A stretch of DNA of 64,000 nt from an uncultured delta proteobacterium (GTDB lineage Bacteria > Desulfobacterota > Binatia > UBA9968): NCBI GenBank assembly GCA_963816145.1, contig CAWFJP010000029.1:96001-160000 (forward strand), written 5' to 3'. The position numbers and the translations under genes are program-made. A model generated the notes under the pieces. That model searched no databases, was not told the DNA's origin, and saw only the letters and a program-made list of their open reading frames with translations. This document shows positions 51,235-61,124 of the stretch, one piece after another; the stretch's first letter is position 1, and the number at the start of each line of letters is the position of its first letter.

Positions 51235-52221
51235 ATGTTCTTTGACCTTGCGCACCGGCGAGAAAATCCCAGACGGTTAATTCGGCTTGCCGGCGCGCTA
51301 TTTCTTTTTGTTATGTTGTCGTCTTGCTCCACCGTTCCGCTTGCCGGCGACGCCGCTCGCTTGCGCCAGACCGCCGACCTGATCGAAGAGGTTAAAGCCT
51401 TCGGTAAAACTCTTGGCATCGAACCGACGGAAGCCTTGCGCCAGACTGTCCAAGACGGCGCGTCGTTGTCGATGCTCTGGTTGTGGATGCAGCGCGAAGG
51501 GACTTTGGCGCTGCGCGGGCCGGTGGACATCCACCTGGCTATCGGTCTTAACGTCGAGAAGGAAGCGCCCAAGCTGGAGCAAGTCTACCGGGTCGCTGGT
51601 TACAGCGTGTATTATCGCCAAGGCAGCGAGTTCGCCGATCCGCGTTCGGTGGCAACCGTTGGTTTCGCCGAAGAGGCGTTGGTGCGGCGCGCTAAAGTGA
51701 TCCTGCACGAAGACCTGCATGGCGATGTCAATTTCGCATTGCCGTGGGAGATCGAGGAGGCGATCGTCACTCCGCTTGGGTCCCTGGCGGTTATTGAATA
51801 CTTGCGCCACAATGGCGACGAGAAAAATCTTCAAAACGCAACCGTTTCGCTGGCTGAAGAACGTAAAGTATCGCGCGAGCTGATGGCGGTGATCGATGAA
51901 GCGCAGCGGATTTTTGCCGCGGAGAAGGTCGACGACGCCAAGCAACAGATTCTAAACAAGCTGGCGAACTATCCAAACTATCAGCGCCAGTTCGAACGCC
52001 AGACTCGCGATCAACATAGCGGCACGGTGCTCGAAGCCAAGCTCAGTCACGACTTGGCCTATTATCGTTACTTCGACGCCATCGCGGCGCTGGCAGAAAA
52101 AGCGCCGGACTTGCGAACATTGATCGAGGATCTGAAAACGCTGCCGAAGGATACCAGCCATTCAGTCTTGCAACGGTATCTGGGCGAGTTGGATGCCAAG
52201 TATTCGGCTTCAGCCAAGTAA
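51235..52221 (+). CDS. Putative zinc metallopeptidase lipoprotein
   Basis: Lipobox LSSC; ILHEDLH followed by EEAIV (HExxH...E). Confidence 0.6.
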   Translation: MFFDLAHRRENPRRLIRLAGALFLFVMLSSCSTVPLAGDAARLRQTADLIEEVKAFGKTLGIEPTEALRQTVQDGASLSMLWLWMQREGTLALRGPVDIHLAIGLNVEKEAPKLEQVYRVAGYSVYYRQGSEFADPRSVATVGFAEEALVRRAKVILHEDLHGDVNFALPWEIEEAIVTPLGSLAVIEYLRHNGDEKNLQNATVSLAEERKVSRELMAVIDEAQRIFAAEKVDDAKQQILNKLANYPNYQRQFERQTRDQHSGTVLEAKLSHDLAYYRYFDAIAALAEKAPDLRTLIEDLKTLPKDTSHSVLQRYLGELDAKYSASAK

Positions 52222-52341
52222 AGATTTTGGAGAGTGACGATTCAGGAAATCTGAGGCACTTTCTTGCTTAGGGTCTCTGTCGGGAATGGTTGAACTCCCT
52301 ACCCCATCATCTTGATGCGCTTTAAGTCACGGATGCGAGGA

Positions 52342-52480
52342 TGGATTCCGGGGTGCGCCGGAATGACGAATGAGAGAGTCGGGATCGAGTCACCGCCAAT
52401 ACAAACTCTCGGCTTCAAGCCGAAGGTTGATTGACTACGGTTGCTTTTGAGACGACATCCCTCGCGTTACTCGGGATGAC
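52342..52480. repeat. Two single arms of ...GATGAC/AATGAC-ended hairpin repeats
   Basis: TGGATTCCGGGGTGCGCCGGAATGACG (52342-52368) and GACATCCCTCGCGTTACTCGGGATGAC (52454-52480), resembling arms at 5241 and 61489. Confidence 0.5.
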
Positions 52481-52528
52481 GGTTCGGAATAGTTGCAAAA
52501 CCAATGACAAGGAATCGTTTTCAGATGC

Positions 52529-53764
52529 ATGTTTGACGCGCTGCGATCCAATACTCCGTTGCGGAGTCTCGGTGCGCTTTATGGCGGCAGTTTGCTGTCC
52601 GGCGCTTGGACCATGGTGATTCCGACCATCCCGGTGCTCGCCACGCATTTCAATGTTTCGCCCGGCGCCGCGGCGCAGATCGTCACTGCGATGGCGCTGG
52701 GCCGGTTCACCGGCACACCGATCAGCGGCGTGCTGTTGGACAAGATGGGGGTGCGCGCCGTGGTGGTCTGGGGCGCGGCGGTGGTGAGCGCGGCGGCGAT
52801 TATCGCCGCGCTAATGCCTTGGCTACCGGGACTGCTGCTGCTCTGCTTCGTAATGGGTATGGGCGATAGCATCTGGGCTTTGGGCCGTGAAGTTGCCGGC
52901 GTCGACCTGGCGCGCCTGAACCAGCGCGGCCGGGTACTGTCGACTTTGCACGGTACCCACAACGCCGGCACGGCGCTCTGTCCCTGGCTCGGCGGATTGT
53001 TGACTGAGCGTTTCGATTTCCATGCGGCGTTTCTCGTTTACGGGATGTTTGCCGCGTTATCGGTGCTGCTGGGCTTCGGTGCGCCGGTTGCCAAAGCCGA
53101 GCATCACGGTGCGCCCAAGAGTGCGGCAATTACTGGCTGGTCGCTTGCGGCCATTCGCGAACGTGTGCGTGGCTTCGGCGCACTGTTCTTGGAGATTCAT
53201 CCGGGTCTGCGCTCGACCTATATCGCTTTGGTGGTGGCGACCTGGGCGAGCCATTCTTACCGGATCACGCTGCAAAGCATGCTGCCGCTGTACGCCGGCA
53301 CCTATCTGCATTTTTCGCCCTCACAGGTTGGACTGTTATTCTCGATCTCCGGCGCGTTCGTCTTCGCCATGATTATTCCCTCGGGCATCATTATGGACAA
53401 AGTCGGCCGCAAGTGGGCGACAGTGCCGAGCACAGGATTGCCGGCGCTGGCGTTCTTGCTGATCCCGTTCACCGATAGCTTTATACAGTTGGCGATGATG
53501 TTGTCGTTGACGGGTATATGCAACGGCTTGTCGCTGGGCTCCATGTCGGTGTCGACCTTCGATGTCGTGCCGGCACACGCGCGCGGCCGTCTGCAAGCGG
53601 CGCGGCGCATGATCGCTGAAATGGGCGGCACGCTGGCACCGCTCGTCGGCGGTTACTTAGCGACACGTTTCAGTCCCGGCGTGCCATTCTGGGTGTACGT
53701 TCCGATACTGTTATTCGCCGCGGTTTATTTGGCGATGGCAGGGCGGGAGACGTTGGAACGGTAG
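52529..53764 (+). CDS. MFS transporter, copy 1
   Basis: 12 TM pattern; G.LLDKMG.R and G.IMDKVGRK motif A. Confidence 0.9.
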   Translation: MFDALRSNTPLRSLGALYGGSLLSGAWTMVIPTIPVLATHFNVSPGAAAQIVTAMALGRFTGTPISGVLLDKMGVRAVVVWGAAVVSAAAIIAALMPWLPGLLLLCFVMGMGDSIWALGREVAGVDLARLNQRGRVLSTLHGTHNAGTALCPWLGGLLTERFDFHAAFLVYGMFAALSVLLGFGAPVAKAEHHGAPKSAAITGWSLAAIRERVRGFGALFLEIHPGLRSTYIALVVATWASHSYRITLQSMLPLYAGTYLHFSPSQVGLLFSISGAFVFAMIIPSGIIMDKVGRKWATVPSTGLPALAFLLIPFTDSFIQLAMMLSLTGICNGLSLGSMSVSTFDVVPAHARGRLQAARRMIAEMGGTLAPLVGGYLATRFSPGVPFWVYVPILLFAAVYLAMAGRETLER

Positions 53765-53769
53765 AGACG

Positions 53770-53845
53770 GTGAGGGGTAAAGGGTTAGGGGTGAGGCGAC
53801 CTACCATCCTCCCGCGGCCTTACCCTTCGCCCTTTACCGCCTTAC
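53770..53845. repeat. Inverted doublet of 7-mer tandem repeat (GTNAGGG)
   Basis: GTGAGGG GTAAAGG GTTAGGG GTGAGGC ... GCCTTAC CCTTCGC CCTTTAC CGCCTTAC. Confidence 0.7.
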
Positions 53846-53893
53846 GAACCGTACGCCGTCGGGCAGTTATCTAAGTTCTACAGAAATTTGACG

Positions 53894-55132
53894 ATGGTAA
53901 ATCTGCCACAACCCACTATCACATTTCGCAGCCTCGGCGCGCTCTACGGTTGCACGTTTCTATCCGGCTCATGGGCGATGATTATTCCGACGATCCCCGT
54001 GTTGGCGCGTGATTTTGACGTGTCGGCGGGCGGCGCGGCGCAGGTGATTACAGCATTCGCCTTCGGCAAGATGACCGGTACAGTGATCGGCGGCATGTTG
54101 CTTGATCGCAAAGGCACGCGTTTCGGGTTGATCGGAGCTGCGGCCGTTGCGGCGAGCGCATCTTTTGCCGCGGTGTGGGTTTCGTGGTTTAGCTTGCTGA
54201 TCTTGGTCGGATTTATCTTGGGCGCGACCGACACGCTGGGCGCAGCGGCTCGCGAGATCGCCGCCATAGATCAGGCGGCCGCCAATCAGCGCGGTCGCAT
54301 CATCAGCAGTCTGCATGGCACTTATACCATCGGTGCGGCGTTGTGCCCATTTATCGGTGGCTGGCTGACCGAACGGTTTAGCTACAAAGCGGCGTTTTGC
54401 GCCTACGCTCTGTTCAGCCTAATTTCGATGCTGTTGGCCACGCTCGTGAGGAATTCGTCGGGTGAGATGCATCACCGATCCACTCGGGAGAGCGAAGCGA
54501 GAGGTTGGGGGCTGGGGGCGCTGAAAGACCGGATCGGCGGGCTTGCGACTCTCTACCGGGAAATTAGTCCGGATCTACGCTCGACCTATAGTACGATTGT
54601 TTTCGCCACCATGGTTAATCAATCGCAGCGCATCATTATCCAAAGCATGCTGCCGCTCTACGCTGTGCGTTATTTGCAATTGTCGCCGAGTCAAGTCGGT
54701 ATGCTGTTTACGATTTCCGGAATCGTCATATTTTCGATGATGATCCCGGCCGGATTCGTGATGGATCGAGTCGGGCGCAAGTGGTGCACGGTGCCAAGCA
54801 CGGCGGTTCCGGCGATCACTTTCGTTTTGATCCCGCTAACCCATAGCTTTCTCCAGCTGGCGATCCTGGTCGGTGTTTCCGGCGTCGCTCAAGGTTTGTC
54901 GCTTGGCTCACTCGCGACCTCCACGTACGATGTCGTCCCGGCCCATGTGCGCGGACGCCTGCAAGCGCTCCGTCGCACGGTGGCCGAGTTGGGCAGTGGA
55001 ATGGCGCCGTTGATCGGCGGCTTTTTAGCCAATACGTTTAACCCCGGCGTGCCGTTTTACACCTACGCGCCGTTGTTACTGTTGTCAGCGACATTACTCC
55101 TCGTGGTCAGCAAAGAAACTCTGGACAAGTAG
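53894..55132 (+). CDS. MFS transporter, copy 2 (tandem paralogue)
   Basis: Shares RSLGALYG, IPTIPVLA, QSMLPLYA, DVVPAH.RGRLQA.RR with the upstream gene. Confidence 0.9.
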   Translation: MVNLPQPTITFRSLGALYGCTFLSGSWAMIIPTIPVLARDFDVSAGGAAQVITAFAFGKMTGTVIGGMLLDRKGTRFGLIGAAAVAASASFAAVWVSWFSLLILVGFILGATDTLGAAAREIAAIDQAAANQRGRIISSLHGTYTIGAALCPFIGGWLTERFSYKAAFCAYALFSLISMLLATLVRNSSGEMHHRSTRESEARGWGLGALKDRIGGLATLYREISPDLRSTYSTIVFATMVNQSQRIIIQSMLPLYAVRYLQLSPSQVGMLFTISGIVIFSMMIPAGFVMDRVGRKWCTVPSTAVPAITFVLIPLTHSFLQLAILVGVSGVAQGLSLGSLATSTYDVVPAHVRGRLQALRRTVAELGSGMAPLIGGFLANTFNPGVPFYTYAPLLLLSATLLLVVSKETLDK

Positions 55133-55159
55133 CGTTCCTGGTCATGAGAAAATCCCATC

Positions 55160-55239
55160 TCACCACGAAGGCACCAAGGACACGAAGGTTTTTGATGAAT
55201 AATGTTCCAGACTTCGCGCTCTTCGTGTCTTCGTGGTGA
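55160..55239. repeat. Inverted doublet of CRCRAAGx3 repeat (CACGAAG subtype)
   Basis: TCACCACGAAGGCACCAAGGACACGAAGG ... CTTCGCGCTCTTCGTGTCTTCGTGGTGA. Confidence 0.88.
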
Positions 55240-55455
55240 AGCGGAATTTTTGTGCCGTTGGCGGATGTCTTGCATTGTTTTGACAGCCCTGGGTAAACAA
55301 GTTATGCGAACGGTACGAGGTCGCTAAGGATGGATACCGCGGAATACGAACTCTCCGGCAAGAAGATGTCAACGACTTCGAGCCTTGGCCGGAGTCGCTG
55401 GTGACGAATAAATCGCTCCTGCCTTCAACACTTTGTCCGCTTAGAAAGGCTTCTT

Positions 55456-56217
55456 ATGAAACTGGCGACCTGGAACGTAAACTCACTGAAAGTTAGACTG
55501 CCCCATGTCTTGGAATTCCTCGACCGGCATAAACCCGATGCGCTGTGTTTGCAGGAGATCAAACTCGAAGATCCAAACTTTCCCAGCGCCGATTTCAACG
55601 CCGCGGGTTACCAGGCGGTGTTCTCCGGCCAGAAGACTTACAACGGCGTGGCGATCCTATCGCCGTCGGCCGCGGCCGAAGTAAGCGTCGGCATTCCCAG
55701 CCTCGGCGATCCGCAGAAGCGGGTAATCGCGGCGACCGTGAACGGCGTCAGAGTCATCTGCGTGTATGTCCCCAACGGCGAAGCCGTCGAGTCGGATAAG
55801 TACAAATATAAACTCGACTGGCTGATGGCGCTAACTGTCTGGTTGAAACATGAACTGGCGACCTATCCTAAACTCGCGCTGTTGGGCGACTACAATATCG
55901 CGCCGGAGGATCGGGATGTTTACGATCCCAAGGCCTGGGCCGGCAAAGTGCTGTTCAGCGACCCGGAAAAAGCCGCGTTCAAAGGTCTCGTCGCTCTCGG
56001 CATGACGGATAGCTTTCGCATGTTCGACCAAGCCGATAAGTCCTACAGCTGGTGGGACTACCGCATGAACGGCTTCAAGCGCAATCTCGGCCTGCGCATC
56101 GACCACATCCTACTCTCGCCGGAATTGGCGAAGAGCTGTAAGAGCTGCGCCATCGACAAAGACTTCCGCGCCAAAGAACGCCCTTCCGATCATGCCCCTG
56201 TCATTGCAGAGATTTAG
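55456..56217 (+). CDS. xth: Exodeoxyribonuclease III
   Basis: ATWNVNS, LQEIK, YNGVAILS, YVPNG, GDYNIAP, GLRIDHIL, PSDHAPV. Confidence 0.95.
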   Translation: MKLATWNVNSLKVRLPHVLEFLDRHKPDALCLQEIKLEDPNFPSADFNAAGYQAVFSGQKTYNGVAILSPSAAAEVSVGIPSLGDPQKRVIAATVNGVRVICVYVPNGEAVESDKYKYKLDWLMALTVWLKHELATYPKLALLGDYNIAPEDRDVYDPKAWAGKVLFSDPEKAAFKGLVALGMTDSFRMFDQADKSYSWWDYRMNGFKRNLGLRIDHILLSPELAKSCKSCAIDKDFRAKERPSDHAPVIAEI

Positions 56218-56270
56218 GAATCGGAGAGTTGAACGTAAAGAACGCAAAGTGAAGAAGTTCGGATCAGAGG

Positions 56271-56767
56271 ATTAACCGCAAAAAGCGCAAAGGGCGCAAA
56301 ATGGGAATGGCAGGGAGCAAATAGTTTCAAATACATCTAAGGAAGCGGTGTCGTAGACAGTGCGAACTTTCGGATCTGGAACTTGGGTGCTCCAAAATTG
56401 AGCAATAGCGCGTGCTGCAACCTTGCTGCTCGTAGGTAGCCAAAAACCTGAGCTTCATGTTCTGCGGCTAGAGACTTTGCTGCTTTTATCTCCAAAATCA
56501 AGAAGTCTTCTACCAGGATATCGACGAAATATTCTCCCAGCAGAGTCCCGTCCTGGTCCCAAACACTTAGAGGGTATTGCTGCTTAGTCTTTATGCCCGC
56601 TTTGATAAGACGATGGGCTAAAGCGTTTTCATAAATCTTCTCAAGGTGCCCATGGCGTAGGTAAACGTGGATCTCAAATGCTAATTGGCGAATCTTGTCA
56701 CAAAGTGCATTAATCTCCCTCTGGTTCATCGTCTTATTTTGCGCTCTTTGCGCCTTTTGCGGTTAAT
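56271..56767. mobile_element. Putative minimal element: GxxExxY gene bracketed by 32-bp inverted repeats
   Basis: ATTAACCGCAAAAAGCGCAAAGGGCGCAAAAT (56271-56302) vs ATTTTGCGCTCTTTGCGCCTTTTGCGGTTAAT (56736-56767), 30/32 complementary. Confidence 0.72.
56337..56729 (-). CDS. GxxExxY protein (PD-(D/E)XK nuclease-like)
   Basis: GHLEKIY, YFVDILVE..ILEIKA, HEAQVFGYL, LLLNFG. Confidence 0.92.
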   Translation of the reverse strand: MNQREINALCDKIRQLAFEIHVYLRHGHLEKIYENALAHRLIKAGIKTKQQYPLSVWDQDGTLLGEYFVDILVEDFLILEIKAAKSLAAEHEAQVFGYLRAARLQHALLLNFGAPKFQIRKFALSTTPLP

Positions 56768-56783
56768 GCGTCTGACTTATCCC

Positions 56784-57905
56784 CTATTCGAAGCTATACA
56801 TTCGTGCGCAGTTGTCCCACAGCCATTTGCGTTTCATTTGATCGGTGAAGGGTTGCTTCAGGAACGTGTCGATGGCGTGGGGATATTTTACATCTAGGTG
56901 CGGGTAGTCGGTGGAGAAGACCATATTGTCTTCGAGGCCGTACTCAGGGATGTGTTTGGCGGTGACCTCGTCGCATTCGACGGCGCCGTAGCAATTGCGC
57001 TGGAAGTATTCCAGCGGTGTTAGTTTCAAGTCCGGATATTCCGCCACGCCAGTGGTTTCGGCATATTCGCCCATGCGCCATAAGAGCCAGGGCACCCAGG
57101 AGCAGTTGCCTTCCAGAAACGCCACTTTCAATCTGGGAAAGCGTTCCATCACGCCGCCGAAAATCATGTCGCCGCAGGCGAGCATATTCGCAAAGGGAAA
57201 GCCGAAGGTGTTGAACATAGAAAACGTCGAACAAATGTGAAAGAACGCCGGCTGCGGCAGATAAACCCGGCCGGCTTCGTGGAAGCCCACCGGCAAGTTC
57301 AACTTCTCGCACTCGGCCCAGAGCGGATCGTAATAGGGATCACTCCACTTTTTGTTATTGACGTGATTGGGCCGGATAAAGATGCCGCGGAAGCCATATT
57401 CTTTCACCGTGCGGCGGATCTCCTCGATGGCACCGCTGATGTCGTGGGGCGCGACCATGGCGATGCCGAACATGCGCTTGGAGTCGGCTTGGGCGAAGTC
57501 GTGCAGCCAATCGTTGTAAGCGCGGGCGATGGCGGTGGCGAAGTCGGGGTCCAGGCCGTCGATGCCCAGCACCGTCAACGCGCGGGTGGGAAACAGAAAG
57601 GCGATGTCGAGGCCTTCCTTGTCCATGGCCTGGAGTTGCGACACGCCGTCGAAGTTGCGCTTGCCGGCTTCGCCGTATTTCTCGTCGAAGAAGTCTTGGC
57701 GGTATTTCGCCAGGGCTGGATTTTCCGGCTTGCGCGGAATCGGCAACACTTTGCCTTCGACCTCAATGCCGAGATCGCGAAAGGCGCGGTTCAAGCCCTT
57801 GGGCGCGCGGTCGAGATATTTCCTATCGATGTAGCGTTGCCACAGATCCGCGGGCTCGAAGACATGCATGTCGGAGTCCATCGCTTTGAAACCATTCTTG
57901 GCCAT
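56784..57905 (-). CDS. Amidohydrolase_2 family protein
   Basis: DSDMHVFEP, AYNDWL, YDPLW, FGGVMERFPRLKVAFLEG, FSTDYPH, DNCARMY. Confidence 0.92.
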   Translation of the reverse strand: MAKNGFKAMDSDMHVFEPADLWQRYIDRKYLDRAPKGLNRAFRDLGIEVEGKVLPIPRKPENPALAKYRQDFFDEKYGEAGKRNFDGVSQLQAMDKEGLDIAFLFPTRALTVLGIDGLDPDFATAIARAYNDWLHDFAQADSKRMFGIAMVAPHDISGAIEEIRRTVKEYGFRGIFIRPNHVNNKKWSDPYYDPLWAECEKLNLPVGFHEAGRVYLPQPAFFHICSTFSMFNTFGFPFANMLACGDMIFGGVMERFPRLKVAFLEGNCSWVPWLLWRMGEYAETTGVAEYPDLKLTPLEYFQRNCYGAVECDEVTAKHIPEYGLEDNMVFSTDYPHLDVKYPHAIDTFLKQPFTDQMKRKWLWDNCARMYSFE

Positions 57906-57972
57906 TAACTTCTCCCTATTAGATCCTGTTTTAAGTTTCTATGTGGATATTGTGTCGGGTTCGGCTGGTCTA

Positions 57973-58054
57973 TTCACCACGAAGCGCACGAAGGACACGA
58001 AGGTCTCGAAAACGTAGTCTCCGAACTTCGTGCTCTGCGTGTCCTTCGTGGTGA
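57973..58054. repeat. Inverted doublet of CRCRAAGx3 repeat (CACGAAG subtype)
   Basis: TTCACCACGAAGCGCACGAAGGACACGAAGG ... CTTCGTGCTCTGCGTGTCCTTCGTGGTGA. Confidence 0.88.
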
Positions 58055-58085
58055 GAAGTTCTTCACGGTAAACCTAGAAATTCCA

Positions 58086-59162
58086 TCATTGCACCGGCGA
58101 CAAATATTTCAGTTCTTCTTTCATCTTGGGCGAGAGCGAAAGCACTTCGTCAACCCATTTTTCGCTCTCCTCGCCGGAAACATAGGTGATGTCGAGTTTT
58201 AGCTTATTTGCCTGGGCAAGGAAATCGCCGTCGGCCAAAGTTGATTTAAAGGCGCGCCGCAAGATTTCCAAGCGCTCTCTTGGCGTGTTCGGTGCGATGG
58301 TAAATGGTCGCGAGTACTCCATCTGCGCCATGTAGGCGCGATAGGCGCGCAGGTGGTTTTCGTCCTTGATCGCCTCGCTGACCAACGTCACGCCCTTGGC
58401 CTCGGGTTCGGGCACGCGGGCGTGGAGAATGAACGGAATCAGCCGGTCGTCGCCCTTAGCGTCGAGCAAATCTTTTTGCGTCGCCAAGATCGAATCCCAG
58501 TTGGTGCAATGACCGTCGACCTCGCGGCGCTGCAAAGCGATTTTTATTTGTGCCGTGCCCTGGTAGCCCGACACCACGGTAAATTTGCTGCCGAGACTCT
58601 TGTTCAACAACAGCGGCATGTCGATGCTATGCGAGCCGGGCCCGGTGCCGCCCATGCGCAAAGGTTTGCCGGATTTGACGATCTCGTCCATGGTCTTGGG
58701 CCCGGCGAAACCCATGATCAAACAAACCGGCACGCTCTTGCTTGGCGCGCCCAACCAACCGAACTTGCGCGCGTCGAACTTGACGTTGCGGTCACCCATG
58801 GCCTGATTGAACACTAGCGCACTGTTCCACATGGCGATGGTCAAACCGTCCGGTTTGGCAGTGTTGAAAAGATAATTCGCCGCCACCAGGCTGCCGGCGC
58901 CGGTCATGTTGTCGACGACGGTGGTCGGGTCGCCGGGAATGTATTTGCCGATGTAGCGCGCAATGGTGCGGCCGTAGGTGTCGTAGCCGCCGCCGGCCGC
59001 CTGACCGACGATGAAGCGAATGGTTTTGTCTTTGTAGAAATCTTGAGCGAATACCGGCTTATGACTTGTGTGCAGCAGGAAAGCCCCAAGCATAATCACA
59101 ACCAAAAATACCGCTTGTGCTGAAACGTCGCTTTTCAACCCGAGCTTTCCAGGTATCATCAA
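58086..59162 (-). CDS. Tripartite tricarboxylate transporter substrate-binding protein (Bug/TctC family)
   Basis: FYKDKTIRFIVG.AAGGGYD, NMTGAGSL, KPDGLTI, GYQGTA..ALQRREVDG. Confidence 0.88.
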   Translation of the reverse strand: MMIPGKLGLKSDVSAQAVFLVVIMLGAFLLHTSHKPVFAQDFYKDKTIRFIVGQAAGGGYDTYGRTIARYIGKYIPGDPTTVVDNMTGAGSLVAANYLFNTAKPDGLTIAMWNSALVFNQAMGDRNVKFDARKFGWLGAPSKSVPVCLIMGFAGPKTMDEIVKSGKPLRMGGTGPGSHSIDMPLLLNKSLGSKFTVVSGYQGTAQIKIALQRREVDGHCTNWDSILATQKDLLDAKGDDRLIPFILHARVPEPEAKGVTLVSEAIKDENHLRAYRAYMAQMEYSRPFTIAPNTPRERLEILRRAFKSTLADGDFLAQANKLKLDITYVSGEESEKWVDEVLSLSPKMKEELKYLSPVQ

Positions 59163-59523
59163 TGACCTCCATAACCGGGTCGCTATCCCGCGCGCGTCAT
59201 GAAATTCCTAAGCGAAAGATTCGGCATGATAGTTCAATCTGTTGTCACGCGAACTGGGGACAAAAAATGATCTCAAGGCTTCACTGCGATCGAGACTAGC
59301 TGAAAAGGAATGGCGATTTCAATGTCAAACTTAAACGTCACTCATTGGCAGGAGATGGATGTGTAAACCTGGTCACAACCGCCGTGGCGAAGTAGCGACT
59401 TCTATTGCCCTGAAAGTTTTAATCTGGGCGCATTCTTGTGGCATCGCCTGCCATCGTTTAGTCTTAAAGTTAAAGATTCTGAGATGCGGTTTCTTTGAAT
59501 GCCGCCGTCGGAAAGGGTTAACC

Positions 59524-60183
59524 ATGAAAGCAAGACTTGTTTCGTTTACTGCGGTTGTTCTTGCTCTGTTATTTGCGGCTTCCGCTGCCCATGCCACGAT
59601 GCAGGACGATGTCGACCGGGCATTGTCGATCTTGCAACGTTTCGAGGAGATACCCGAGACCGCGATCCCCCCGGCCGTCATGCGCGATGCCAAGGGTGTG
59701 GCGATTTTCACCATAACCAAAGCCGGCTTTGTTGTCAGCGGCAGAGGCGGAACCGGGGTTGTCCTGGCGCGCACTGAAAAGGGTTGGAGCGCTCCCTCGG
59801 CAATCGGCACCGGGGGCATCGGAGTCGGCTTTCAAGCCGGAGTGCAGGTCTCCGAGTGCGTGATTATTCTCAATACCCCGGAGGCGGTGAAAGCTTTCAC
59901 GCAAGGCAGCAATTTCACTCTTGGGGCTAACTTGAGCGCCGCGGTTGGCCCAGTTGGCCGTTCCGCCGAGGCGGCCGTAACACCCTATGCTGCGGTCTAT
60001 ACCTACAGTCGCAGTCAAGGAATCTTCGCTGGGGTTTCGTTGGAGGGTGCGGTGCTTGCGACCCGCTACGAAGCCAATGAGGAGTACTACAACAAACCGG
60101 TTTACACGGCCGATATTCTCGAGGGCAAAGTAACGCCGCCTGCAGGTGCGCAGAAACTACTGGATGCTCTGACGAAATACTAA
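59524..60183 (+). CDS. YSC84/SYLF lipid-binding domain secreted protein
   Basis: Signal peptide; KAGFVVSGRGGTGV, WSAPS, GFQAG, YSRSQGIFAGVSLEG; start ATG 59524. Confidence 0.9.
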   Translation: MKARLVSFTAVVLALLFAASAAHATMQDDVDRALSILQRFEEIPETAIPPAVMRDAKGVAIFTITKAGFVVSGRGGTGVVLARTEKGWSAPSAIGTGGIGVGFQAGVQVSECVIILNTPEAVKAFTQGSNFTLGANLSAAVGPVGRSAEAAVTPYAAVYTYSRSQGIFAGVSLEGAVLATRYEANEEYYNKPVYTADILEGKVTPPAGAQKLLDALTKY

Positions 60184-60351
60184 CCATCCTTAGATGGTGG
60201 ACGTTATCGGCGAAAAAATCGGCTCACCGTTAAGCTAATGCCGCCCGCGAGACGCGCCGCCTTGAGGTTTTGTTTCGACCCTCGATCCAAACGACGTTCT
60301 TCCCACCCCAAGCCTGCACCGGCGTAACTGCGGCAACTTGCCGCGGTTACG

Positions 60352-60861
60352 CTACTTCAGCTTGTCGGGAAACTGCACGTAAGGCTGTGGTGGAGCCTTG
60401 TCGGGCGGCACGAACTTCGGTGCCGGGCTGCCGGCAGGGCCGAGCGAGCGGATGTACTTATACATCGCGCGCACATCGGGCTCCGCCATCTGATTCAATG
60501 AGTAATACGGCATCGGCGGACGTCGCTGAATCTCTCTCGCAACCTGTACCCATTGGTCTTCTGTGATCTCTTGAAAATAAAGACGTAGGTTAGCTGGATA
60601 GGTCGTCCCCCAAGGTCCACGCCAGCCCATCAAGCCACCTGTCAGCCAATCCTTTTGCGGAGTTTTGCTGCCGTTCACTAGGAACCCCGGTGTATGGCAA
60701 TCGTTGCATCCGGAAATAGCAACGAGATAACGGCCGCGCTCGATGTCCGGCTGGGAAGCGGGTTTGGCGGTTGGTTTTGTCGGAGTTTCGCCAGCGATCG
60801 CCGAAAAAGAGAGCGCAAACCAGGCGAGTGCAACAACGGCCCGAAAGATATTACTTCCCAT
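60352..60861 (-). CDS. Periplasmic c-type cytochrome
   Basis: Signal peptide, ERGRYLV..GCNDCHTPG, GPWGTTYPANL, PPMP. Confidence 0.9.
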   Translation of the reverse strand: MGSNIFRAVVALAWFALSFSAIAGETPTKPTAKPASQPDIERGRYLVAISGCNDCHTPGFLVNGSKTPQKDWLTGGLMGWRGPWGTTYPANLRLYFQEITEDQWVQVAREIQRRPPMPYYSLNQMAEPDVRAMYKYIRSLGPAGSPAPKFVPPDKAPPQPYVQFPDKLK

Positions 60862-61124
60862 ATATGCCTCCGTTGATATTGCGACCCTGTTAGCCGCTCG
60901 GGTAATTCTAAAATACCCAAAAAGGTTTTAGCGCGATTGCTGTGAGCTTGTCCAATGCTAATTTGATTGAGCCTTTTCCGACGTTTCTTGTAAAATCGTC
61001 CAATACTAGACAGACCGTCTTTACGGCGTCGGTCTACTATGTTGTTCACGCGTCACGATGGAGCATGCCTGGCGGATAGTGGGTCATGGTATTGACCATT
61101 CGGGGATGATAGAAAGTCCTGTAC

